Shown here in pieces: positions 35,851 through 46,175 of a stretch of DNA of 64,000 nucleotides. The stretch covers positions 62,001 to 126,000 of the forward strand of contig BDGG01000007.1 of assembly GCA_001949185.1 (NCBI GenBank), written 5' to 3'. The notes beneath the pieces were generated by a model, which did not search any database, was not told where the DNA came from, and was given only the letters and a program-made list of their open reading frames with translations. The stretch's first letter is position 1; each line of letters opens with the position of its first letter. The position numbers and the translations under genes were made by a program. This DNA is from Ramazzottius varieornatus. Its lineage: Eukaryota > Animalia > Tardigrada.

Positions 35851-37126
35851 AATGAGTTTCCGGAAATCGGGCAGCCGAAACCCAAATGCGGATACAATCT
35901 GCAATATACCCAGTATTCGTAGTGCATGTCGTAATCGTGCATAGTTTCCGTAGAATCTTCGGAGTTCTCGCGCTCAACACTTAAAAGACCACGCAGTTCC
36001 AGGCTCTGGGATTACAAGGGGGACAGATCACCTTCCCCACTTTTTAACTGGCTGAAGTCGTGGGGCGGGGTCAAATCGGGTCAATCACCACATTTACGCT
36101 CCGCATTTTTTGGGTAAAATGCGCCACCTAGTGAATCGAGGTGCCAGACGTATGTGATTTTGCTCTGACCACTGACCTGAGGCATATTATAGCTTCTAAG
36201 ATTGTATCATTGTATTCGCTTTGTTCCCAATTTTTAAGAAGGCTTTCCGTCAGCCAGGTCTTGAGTTCAACTCAAGACGAAATCTGGCCGAAAACAGAAA
36301 ACGTTTTGGAAATTTCCAGAACGCTTCCAGCTAGTGCCCGTCTCCTTGGATTACTAGGAAAAATCTTTCCGAAAGCGAAGGTGGAAATCCGAGGGGAAAA
36401 GGTTCAACAAGAACCATTCTGCAGGGTAAGTAGGGTGCGCCATGCAACCGGGGCACCCCCTGGTCTTTTGAGTGTCAAGTCCGCGGAAGCTGCATGGCGA
36501 CAGGAAGATATCCCAATGCGTCATACTGTGACGATGCAGTTACCGATAAGGGATGAAATCTCAGACTGCAACAGCGGCGCTATGTCTTCGACAGTGAGCA
36601 TCAGCTGATTCCTCATCCGCATACATGCACATCAGAATTGCGTTTTTCACGGTCGCGCGTATCAGTATTTGACTTTGGAGCTCGTTAATGCTGGGTCGTT
36701 AAACTGAAACTAGTGCTCGGATGCCAAAAATCTCTTCTGCCGTGGCAGATGACCTGCGTACGCTGGACGATATGCTGTCAAAACGTGTACCGCTGAGACC
36801 GGATATCATCAGAGCATTTTTCAGGATCGCGGAGCGCAGAGATCTAGTGTTCGAAGTTCAAGTTTTCTGACAGGATAGGAACTGAACCTCCCGCCTCTTT
36901 AGCTTTCTTGAGTTGGTGAGTTGAAATCCTGTATTTTACCAGTCAACTTTGGTGGCGCTGCCGATTTGTTATTTAATTACCGAGAACAATTTTCAGCAGG
37001 GAACTCAGAACAACTTCCCAAGATCGATGCTCGGAAAGACGTGGTTCCAAACCACCGAGCTCATCGCTCGTGGATCCAGCTGTTTCTAGGAGGGGGACAG
37101 CGAAAGAATTGGCACCTGTCTCGAGG

Positions 37127-38131
37127 ATGCAGTGCCACCCCTTGACAAGGCCGTGCGGGATGACCAAGCCACCGCCTGCCGAATGGGCCCGTCACGAGGC
37201 AGTTTGGATTGGCTTTCCAAGCCACCAGGGGCTGTGGTTGAATGACCTTGCTCCGGCCCGTAACGAAGTTACGGCGTTCGCGCGCACGGTTCACGCCGGC
37301 GGACGAGGCGAAAGGGTGCTGCTGGTAGCTGCCGACGAGGAAGCGGCAATTGCCGCGCAGCTGGCCGCTCCCTTCGCCGAGGTTATCGTCTATCCCTTTG
37401 GAGACATCTGGCTGCGCGACACTACAGCCATCATTGACGGTGACGGTACCGGGCACATTTTTCGTTTCAACGGCTGGGGTCAAAAGTATGTCATGCCCGG
37501 TGATGAAACCATTGGGACGTGGCTGGCCGAAGCGTGTGACCGACCAGTGGTGCACCATGATTGGGTGTTGGAAGGTGGGGCGATCGACGGAGACGGTACT
37601 GGACTTGTCGTGCTCACGGAGCAGTGCCTGCTCAACCCGAACCGGAATCCGGGTGCTACGCGGGATGACATTGAGGCGCGACTGGCAGCCAACTTGGGCT
37701 TCAACCGTTTTCTATGGCTGGGCGAAGGACTGATGAATGATCACACCGATGGTCACGTTGACAACCTCGCGCGGTTTGTCGGTGTCAACCGTCTGGCAAT
37801 CCCTGTGTCGGCGGACAGCTGCGATCCCAATTACCGTGTATACAACCTAGCGGCCCAGCGCGCGCAGGGCTTCGGTGTGGAGGTGGCACGAGTTCCTTCG
37901 CCGGGCCTCGTCCTGCGGAACGGACAAGCCATACCGGCGAGCTGCATGAACTTCTATATCGGGAACGTCGCGGTTGTTGTGCCGATGTATGGTACTCCTA
38001 ACGACGATCTCGCGGTTCAAATGTTCCAGTTATTGTTTCCTGACCGTACCGTGGTCGGTTTGCCGGCCAACCACGTCTTGAGTAACGGTGGAGGCAGTTT
38101 TCACTGTATCTCCCAGCAGATTCCGGCGTAA
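37127..38131 (+). CDS. aguA: Agmatine deiminase (PAD_porph family), intronless, bacterial type
   Basis: PAEW, DIWLRD, FNGWG.KY, LEGGAIDGDG.G, TEQCLLNPNRN, DHTDGHVDN, MNF and C-terminal GGGSFHCISQQ with the catalytic Cys. First ATG 37127; family-like start MTKPPPAEW at 37160. Visibly GC-richer than its flanks. Confidence 0.95.
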   Translation: MQCHPLTRPCGMTKPPPAEWARHEAVWIGFPSHQGLWLNDLAPARNEVTAFARTVHAGGRGERVLLVAADEEAAIAAQLAAPFAEVIVYPFGDIWLRDTTAIIDGDGTGHIFRFNGWGQKYVMPGDETIGTWLAEACDRPVVHHDWVLEGGAIDGDGTGLVVLTEQCLLNPNRNPGATRDDIEARLAANLGFNRFLWLGEGLMNDHTDGHVDNLARFVGVNRLAIPVSADSCDPNYRVYNLAAQRAQGFGVEVARVPSPGLVLRNGQAIPASCMNFYIGNVAVVVPMYGTPNDDLAVQMFQLLFPDRTVVGLPANHVLSNGGGSFHCISQQIPA

Positions 38132-38166
38132 AGTGGAATTAAAATACACCGTTCTTACTATCAGTA

Positions 38167-38364
38167 TACGCAGGACGGGAAATTATGGTACAGTAAAAAT
38201 TATGGGACAGGCATTTTCGCTACGGCGGTGCAGAAGCACGTACGTACGCGAACGATTCACAGTAAAACAATTTTTCGACACTTTTCTACGGTCGAATTTC
38301 CAATTTGCCGTCCCTTCCACCTGTCACATAATTTTTAATGTACCATGATTTCTCGTCTTGCGTG
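38167..38364. mobile_element. 198-bp MITE with about 45-bp TIRs and TA TSD, between the two bacterial-type genes
   Basis: TACGCAGGACGGGAAATTATGGTACAGTAAAAATTATGGGACAGG and its inverse at about 38320-38364. A related end lies at 57706. Confidence 0.82.
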
Positions 38365-38777
38365 TACACAGTATCCTCAATAATTCTGACTTTCTTGAAA
38401 TTTGTTATGTAGAGATAACGACTTGCTTGGTAAGTTTTGTATTGCATAATGGGGTGAACTTTCATGGAGCGCCAGCCACTAGAGGTCCTTAAGATGGCCT
38501 AAATGCAACCAGTAAATGCATCTGCGGAAACCAAACAGAAAAAGAAAGTACGAGTAATATTCTGACAGGAAAACAGCAGAGCCACGGTGACTCTTTTCAA
38601 ATCCAGTAAGATCCAGTAAGGTATCCGGCAGTAAATCGATGTTCTTGAATTTGGTTCACGGAAATGAGTCTTCTCCGTTGGATCCTGTCAGAGGAACTGA
38701 TTTTAGTCAAAGTTATCAACCACAGGTTTGTATTGCCGTTACCGTACAAAAAAGTTGCCTGGTTCCGGATAGTGAAT

Positions 38778-39758
38778 TCATTGCCTCAAGACCCACGCGA
38801 ATATCAGCGGCGCCACAATAGTTGCGTCCGATTCGATGACAAACTTCGGAGTAGAAATATCCAGTTTATTCCAAGAAATCTTCTCGTTGGGTACTGCTCC
38901 TGAATAAGATCCGTATGATGTTGTAGAGTCGGATATCTGGCAGAAATAGCTCCACAGCGGTATCTCCTTCTTTCTCAAATCCATGTATATCATGGGCACT
39001 ACACATATTGGAAAATCCCCGGCAATACCACCACCTATCTGAAAAAACCCAACGCCCTTCCCGCCCGAGTTGTTCAGGTACCAATCGGCCAGCCAACACA
39101 TGTACTCAATTCCGCTCTTCATCGTACTCGCGTTCATTTCGCCCATAATGCAGTAGGAAGCAAAGATATTTCCCATAGTTGAATCTTCCCATCCCGGTAC
39201 AACGATTGGAATGTTCTTTTCGGCAGCCGCCAACATCCATGAGTTTTTCGGGTCGATTTCATAGTACTGTTTCAGCTCTCCGCTCAGTAGCATTTTGTAC
39301 ATAAATTCATGGGGAAAATATCGTTGTTTGTTATCGTTGGCATCCTTCCACAGTTTATAGATATGGCTCTCTAGCCGGCGAAAAGCTTGGTTCTCGGGGA
39401 TACAGGTGTCGGTTACCCGGTTGAAGCCATTGTTCTTCAAATCCAGTTCGTCCTGCGGACTCAGGTCTCGGTAGTGCGGCACGCGTTTGTAGTGGGAATG
39501 GGAAACCAAGTTCATAATGTCCTCTTCCAAGTTGGCGCCGGTGCAAGATATGATGGCAATCTTATCCTGTCGTATCATTTCGGCCAGGGAAATGCCCAGT
39601 TCGGCAGTGCTCATGGCACCAGCCAGCGTCACCATCATCTTGCCACCCGCCTCCAGATGGGCTTCATATCCTTTAGCGGCATCCACCAAAGCAGCCGCGT
39701 TGAAATGACAGTAGTTCCTCTCTATAAATTGGGATATGGGACCTCTAGTGCTACCCAT
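38778..39758 (-). CDS. Bacterial-type deoxyhypusine synthase-like protein (putative homospermidine synthase / aminobutyltransferase), intronless
   Basis: 326-aa ORF with HFNAAALVDAAKGY, LAGAMSTAELG, CTGANLEED, NRVTDTCIPE, PGWEDST.GN, QIGGGIAGDF and GSYSGAVPNEKISWNK (catalytic-Lys region). Resembles Bacteroidota DHS-family proteins rather than animal DHPS. Start context GCCATGG. Confidence 0.93.
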   Translation of the reverse strand: MGSTRGPISQFIERNYCHFNAAALVDAAKGYEAHLEAGGKMMVTLAGAMSTAELGISLAEMIRQDKIAIISCTGANLEEDIMNLVSHSHYKRVPHYRDLSPQDELDLKNNGFNRVTDTCIPENQAFRRLESHIYKLWKDANDNKQRYFPHEFMYKMLLSGELKQYYEIDPKNSWMLAAAEKNIPIVVPGWEDSTMGNIFASYCIMGEMNASTMKSGIEYMCWLADWYLNNSGGKGVGFFQIGGGIAGDFPICVVPMIYMDLRKKEIPLWSYFCQISDSTTSYGSYSGAVPNEKISWNKLDISTPKFVIESDATIVAPLIFAWVLRQ

Positions 39759-42642
39759 GGCGATTTGAATGGAACTCCTTGGAACTACACAGACACGTTC
39801 TCACAGCCCACACCACAGAAAAAAGGCTACTTTCGCTGTGTGCCAAAGGAACTTCGCAAGCCGAAAAACGCTGTTGTGCAGGTGGACCGACTGGAGAAAA
39901 TCTGTTTCATTGAGTTCTCTTTCCTCGGACCTCAGCACGGAATCAACGGTGCAGAATTTTGCCTTGGGCAAGCAGATGAATCACCCATGGGAAAGTATTG
40001 CGTCGTCGGAATCCGCTCTCACTCTTCAGCATGGAACCAGCGTGGTTTGCCTTTAGGTCCTGCCCCAGGGCGTATTCGGCACAATAGATTTGAATGATAA
40101 TGGACTAGTTCCCGCTTGGTAAACCGCGATTAACGCCATTAATCTGCGCGCGCCCTGGACGAAAAGCATCTTGCATACAGGCACTCTTTTCAGGCTCAGT
40201 TTTTGATTGGCCATTTAAAAAGTGACGTTTCAGCACGCTTGATGCCTGTGTTGAGTGACGCAGAAGGGCTCGTATCAGATCGTTTAATCGGTCTGACTGA
40301 TACAGGCTTGCCATGTTCGGACTGTTGCCCGGAAGAGGTCACCATACTGCCGCAAACTGCTGACTCACACGGCAGTCTGGTTGCTCTTCTTTCAGTGCAG
40401 CTTGCCTAATTTGTTGGCCGCGTTGTCTCTGCGTTGTTCTTGCTGGCACAGGAACATATGCCACCGTACTACGCTGGCTTGATGCAAGCGCTGAACGAAA
40501 AAGTGAGAAATGCTGTGCGTCGATCGGCTATAACCTTGCAGCTAGGAGATGGCAGCATTGTTCATTACCAGTATTCCATGCGCATTGGTTTTGCATAGCG
40601 GCGGCACCGAAAATAACCGGCGACCAGTCGTATACGTGACAGCCATCCTTTCTGTCGAAAGAATGCATCGTTCATCTTTGGGGAGCTACCTGCTCAAAAT
40701 ATCCTGTGACCACAATTCCGACCATGAATATCGCGTGACCAAAATATCAACTGACTTCTATATTGATAAGCCATGTGACTAACTGACGCAGAAATCGTTT
40801 GCTCATATGGGTGTCTCCATATGAGAATGCGTCCAAAGTTTTTTGGCTTCAGATCTGTCTTTTATGACATCAAGTTTTGCGAAATATCAAACTGCACCAC
40901 AGATTCCATGTGCCGCACTCTGCCGCGGTAATCAGACCGGAACGAACGGCTGCAAGTTATGGAGTTACAACTCGGGAAATGCAGGGCTTTTAAGGGCAAG
41001 TCTTTCCAGTTTGCAGCGTGCTTCAGCTGGAGACGTGCACCAGCGATCACTTCCGGTCCACATAATCGTATCAGTTTCTGCATTTGATTGACCGATTAAA
41101 CGTCAGAGTACACAGCGTGCAAGACCGTTATGCGCACTGATCCGTGCAGCGCTAGATTTTCAGCGCACTCATCTCTTCCTTTTGTAACTCTCGGACCTGT
41201 GGTCGGAAGTTGAATCCGACTCCGATTTGACTTCCCTAGAATTTTTTTAGTGTAAAGTCGCATTTGAGTTTGGCCTGAGGGTGCAGAAACTTCGGCACGA
41301 TCCCCTGAACAATTTGGTCTGAGACCATTCGGACGCATTCTCATAATTATGGAGATACCCATATTCCCGATAGGTGCAATCACAACGCCGATTTCTTATC
41401 GCATCTTGTCCGTGACTTTCGATTCATTCTAGTGGCCGTGACGCTCAAAGATATCCAGAGGAGCTAGCAAGTTCCCATGAGAGGAGCTAACAAGTTCCGA
41501 CAAGCTCGACGAGCGAACGGTGTATCCGTGTATCGTCAGGCAGTGCCATGGCTAATCGAGCGTTATGCAGAACGCGATGTTCTGAGAAGTTCTCGTATCA
41601 CGATCAATGGTCCCGCCTCGTATGCAGCCGGTGAACTTATTATTCCACGACATATTGGAAAAGTGGTAAGTACTGTACTATGACAATCTCCATGATAGTA
41701 AGACGCAAGTATCGGCCCCGATTTGGTATGTTTCCATATTGTTCAAGCTGCCCGGCTCAAATCTCAAATAACAATCCAACTCACCAGCTGCTTCTCAGCC
41801 AGAGATGGCAACGATGTTTGTTTTCTTGGCTCTCGTACATAGAAGAGGGTAATAGGGTAATAAAGCGCCGGCCCCACTCGAACAGTTTTGCTCTATTCTG
41901 TACGATGGTCGGGGTTCGGCGGTCTTCGCATCGGTCTGAAATCACTCTTTTCGTATAACTTGCTGGAGTTTTTTTCAGTTGGGTTCGATCCATTGAGCGC
42001 TACGAAAGCCCTATCTTCAAATCCCTTAGTGTTGTATTGGGAAATCATTTAAGCTTCACTGCAACGTTAACGAGTTGTTCGTGTCCAGGGCTGAACGCGG
42101 GATAATACCACCCGACGCCGCCCACCAAAACCGCAAAGGTGCTGGTTGCTATAGACAGCAGGAAGCCAGATTTCGCCGAAGCATGTGTTAGAGCCCGTCG
42201 CCTGAATGAGCAACTGATAAGGGTGGGGTATTTCAAAGCGGTTACTATACCGGGTTTTCCAACCTTAACATTACATCCTATACTCGGCAGTTACGACTAT
42301 CTTGGTATAACCATGCAACAACGAGTAAGACGGACGCAGTAGCGCCATCAAAGGCTTCCGGGAGAAATCTGGCATGTAACTTGTGTCTCGTACAACTGTT
42401 GTCAACAGAGCACACAGACGCTAATATAAATCGAATCAAGACATGAGCATTGTTAGTTTCCCAGAATTAACATACCGGAAATCATAGAGAGATGGAAGCT
42501 TGTCACCCGCTAAGGTATCGGAATCACCTCGTCGTTCGAGCGAGAAACATGGACGGATTCCCGAGAAGGCCACAGGTTCAGCAGTGGATGCGTGGTAAAC
42601 GCTCTCACACATACATCGTACAAATTTTGCGTCAGTTCGTCA

Positions 42643-43854
42643 ATGTGGTCTTCTTCCGGATTGATGCTGGTGAGTTTAGTGTGGCATTCATACGTGACAT
42701 TCGATCTTCCTAACAAGAAATAAAGCCCCGGACCAAAGGGATTCGAAGAAATCAATCCTGTTCTGGACAAAATGGTTTGGCAGCGAAAATGCTCACCTCT
42801 ACGACGACCTCTCACATTGTCCCGAACCACGTTGTGCAGCTACGAACGACCGTTCGTTGCTTTCCCGGAGTTCCGCCTTGATCTTCCATGCACGCGACAT
42901 GAGCCAGGGATATTCCGGAACAGCGTCAATCGCATCAACAGTACGTCTTTCACTCCACGGAAAGTCCGTACTTATCTCGAGTTAATCTTCGAAAAGGAAC
43001 ATTGATGGATTTCTTCAATCTCACCTGGACCTACCGTACTGATTCTGACATCGTATCCAGTTTTTACTTTCACCCATACCTGTACCGCTTGAAACTCTGG
43101 ACCAACCGCATGGCACAAAGAGATTTTGGCAAAGAGAATGAACCGAGCTGTCATTTTGATGTCGAATTGTGGCGCCAGTAGTAATCGAGACGAATATATC
43201 AAACAGCTGCAACAGTACTTCCCGAAAAACTAACCAACTACAAATTCTACCTTGCGTTCCAAAACGGGTATGATTGTATCATATCAAACACATTAGTCGA
43301 AAATCGGTGCACTGAAACTCGTGCGTTTTTTTTTTAGGTTTCGTAAGGACTACGTGAGCGAGAAGGCAACTCGCACCTACCTGACGGAAGTTCTGCCAGT
43401 GATGCTCGGTGGCGCCAACTACTGCGGAATCTTTCCGCCGCACTCCTTTATTGATACAGCAGACTTCGAGAGCCCGAGACAGCTGGCCACCTACCTGTGG
43501 AAGCTATCAAGGAACCTGCATCTTTACGAAGAGTATTTCGACTGGAAGTACGAAGAACAGTACCTCGCTATTCCGGAGGTGTATCAACCGGCTAAAACGG
43601 ACATGTGTAGACTTTGTGAAATTCTGCATGATGAGGAACGCTTAGATGTTTCTTAATCCTATGAAAATTTGGATGAATGGTGGACCACGGCTTCCCACTA
43701 TTTTGCCCCGTTGTTCAGTTGCCCCACCAAGTCGGCGACGTCGATTGCTTTAACTGTAACATCCGTCTTCTTAGGGTTAGTTCTTTTGTTTAATTTAGTA
43801 TACTTTCGTCACCGGTATCGGTACCGTCTCTGTAAAAGAACAATGGATTTCTGA
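42643..43854 (+). pseudogene. Alpha-1,3-fucosyltransferase (GT10) pseudogene
   Basis: ILFWTKWF, ALIFH, VFHSTESP, FFNLTWTYRTDSDI, MSNC..SNRDEYI, YKFYLAFQN|..KDYVSEK, PPHSFI, YFDWK. Deletion/frameshift near 43225, E>Q and C>R in the FucT motif, stop at 43654-56. Confidence 0.85.
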
Positions 43855-44256
43855 TAGTGAAGTAGATTCATGGAATGAGTTCGCCAAGTCTGATATGACA
43901 AACTGAGATCTTTGGACTTGGCGCTCTGAAACTGCTTTTGCTATGCAAACACCCGGTGTGTGTTCTACAGGCGCTCTTATATTCATAAAGGCGCACACAG
44001 CGCATGGTTCACTGCGCATAACTTTATTACCTTTCCGTCACTCGCTCTCCATTACCACCGGATCCGATCTCCTGCCTCAAGCGATGGGTAGGGTGTTTTC
44101 TTCGAGAAGATGACCACGTGCAAGATCCCAGCGACTACACAAATAAATTAAACCTGGCAGATTCCACGAGATACGTCCTCGGAAGCATTCCAAACCAACA
44201 CATCTCTACATTTCGGACCGTAATTCCCGCTTGCGTACCCCTTGGAGGAAAGTAGC

Positions 44257-45249
44257 ATGATCTCCAAAAAACAGTATCATCATGTGATACGTCTTCTTGT
44301 TGCGCTAATCGCCATTTTTATCTTACTTTTGCTTTGGAACACATCGATTCTGCGATATCACCTCCCATGGCACGACTATCAGTGGACCTTCTCAAGAGGA
44401 ATCCCTGTTCCAGCGTGTTCAGGCACTTCGAATGATTCAGCTGTGACCAGTGCGTCCAACCAGGAAGCAGGTTTGATCGTTCATTACGTTAGACTCTATC
44501 CAGTGCCGAAACCCAACAAGAACGACCATTCATTAAACGTGCTTGATTGCTTGAGCGTCTACTCCGTCTTACTGAACCTGAAGCCTCAGTCAATCTACCT
44601 GCATACTAACGTTCCTTCCTTTTGGCCATTCGGCAACTGCGAATCCCTCCTGGAGTTGACGATTGATTGGTCTCTTGTCAAAGTCTTTTGCGCTCCCTTA
44701 CAGTACACCTCTGGCATCAAGCGCATCGCCCACATTGCACACGAAGCGGACATTCGCAAGTTTAGAGCCGTGGAAGAATATGGTGGATTGGTGCTCGACT
44801 TTGACGTGTACGTCATCAACGGTGTACTACTGCGCCAGTTGATAGAAAAGCATCCTTGTATCGTTTGTCACGAAGTCGATAGGCTAAATGCGGGGTTTTT
44901 CGGTTGTCGAACCAGGCAGGCGGAATATCCGAAGCTGGTGCTGGCGTCGTACCATGCTAAATACAATCCATATTGCTGGCTGTGCAGTAGCGGTTACGAA
45001 CCATTCGAAATTTGGAAGAAGAACCAGGATACTGCATCGGTGATTGCGGGAGTTTGCGATCATGAAAGTGGAGTGGTTGAAACTGAAAACTGGGCGACGT
45101 TGCCAGCCTTTCACTCGTACTGGCATAGGAGCTCGTTCACGGTTCAGGACGTCCGACAATTGAGGAGCACTTTGGGCGATGTTCTCCGCTGGCTTCTGAA
45201 AGATGCTCCTTCAGATTTAGCTGGTAAGGCTATCCCGGTGGAATGGTGA
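44257..45249 (+). CDS. Type II membrane DxD glycosyltransferase (GT32 / alpha-1,4-glycosyltransferase-like), paralog 1
   Basis: N-terminal TM; HEADIRK...YGGLVLDFDVY; single-exon ORF; closely similar to 46176-47174. Confidence 0.82.
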   Translation: MISKKQYHHVIRLLVALIAIFILLLLWNTSILRYHLPWHDYQWTFSRGIPVPACSGTSNDSAVTSASNQEAGLIVHYVRLYPVPKPNKNDHSLNVLDCLSVYSVLLNLKPQSIYLHTNVPSFWPFGNCESLLELTIDWSLVKVFCAPLQYTSGIKRIAHIAHEADIRKFRAVEEYGGLVLDFDVYVINGVLLRQLIEKHPCIVCHEVDRLNAGFFGCRTRQAEYPKLVLASYHAKYNPYCWLCSSGYEPFEIWKKNQDTASVIAGVCDHESGVVETENWATLPAFHSYWHRSSFTVQDVRQLRSTLGDVLRWLLKDAPSDLAGKAIPVEW

Positions 45250-46175
45250 TCTCGGAACACACCATCCATCTTTTGGAGTAGCGGAGACAAAACATGAATT
45301 ATGTCAAGCATCAGTCTTGAGATGTCTCCCCAGCTGAAGATCCCGCAAAGTGGCAACTCGGCGTACATGCCGATACGACATTCCATGACGGTGATTACGG
45401 CGGTATTTTCCCAATCTGCATACCGACATAGCGGATTTCAAAGTTGATGACAGCTGCCTGGTTATCTCCGGAAACGGTTAACCTCCTGTCCGACTACAGG
45501 AAGTACCCCGAGCTCACCAAAAAAGCTGGAAAAATATGCATCAAATCCTGACAGCGACGACGAGAGAGCCCGTACATGTTTAGTTATTCTCTGAAATTTA
45601 GGGCACCCGCAGTCTTGGCTGTCACACGGGTCTGCTTGATTTACAGCAGTTTTAATTGTTTGGTTTGAGCTTTACCCATTTTTTTTGATCGAGACCGGTG
45701 TTTGCTTCGAATTTGCCTGCCTGAGTAAAATTTCCTTTGTGTTGGGCTTATCGGTTTGCGTGATATTGTTAAGCATAGAACTCGGTATTTTTGATATCGC
45801 CGCTAACGGTGTTATCGGAGAGAGCAAACATGGGCGTTTACTCTCATAGTCTACGCACTATGCAGGCTATGAGCTTTCTGCCGTATACACCATACCTAAA
45901 AAAGCCAAGCCGGAATTGCATGGCTCTTTGCGCAAAGTTTAACAATAGTAGTCGGGTGCGGCATTTATTACCACCATTTGGGCGAATAGCGCGTCATTGA
46001 GTGAAACATGTGTGTACTTCGGAAGAGTGCGCTTACACTGCAAGGTCCGATCGGGAAGATAAACAGCGTGGAGAACTATCAGACTTCAAATACTGCTGCT
46101 GTGGTCCGTAGGGGCATAGTGCGGGATTTCGGGCGAGAGATGTATATTATCTGTTTCTAATGGTGACAGCCCGAT

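Noticed and set aside
38778-39758. Calling this the canonical eukaryotic DHPS (eIF5A hypusination)
   Set aside because: It is intronless, short and carries bacterial-type motifs; eIF5A activity cannot be assumed.
39776-39782. AAAGGAG upstream of the DHS-like ATG as a relic Shine-Dalgarno site
   Set aside because: It lies about 17 nt from the ATG, too far for a normal ribosome-binding site, and is short enough to be chance.
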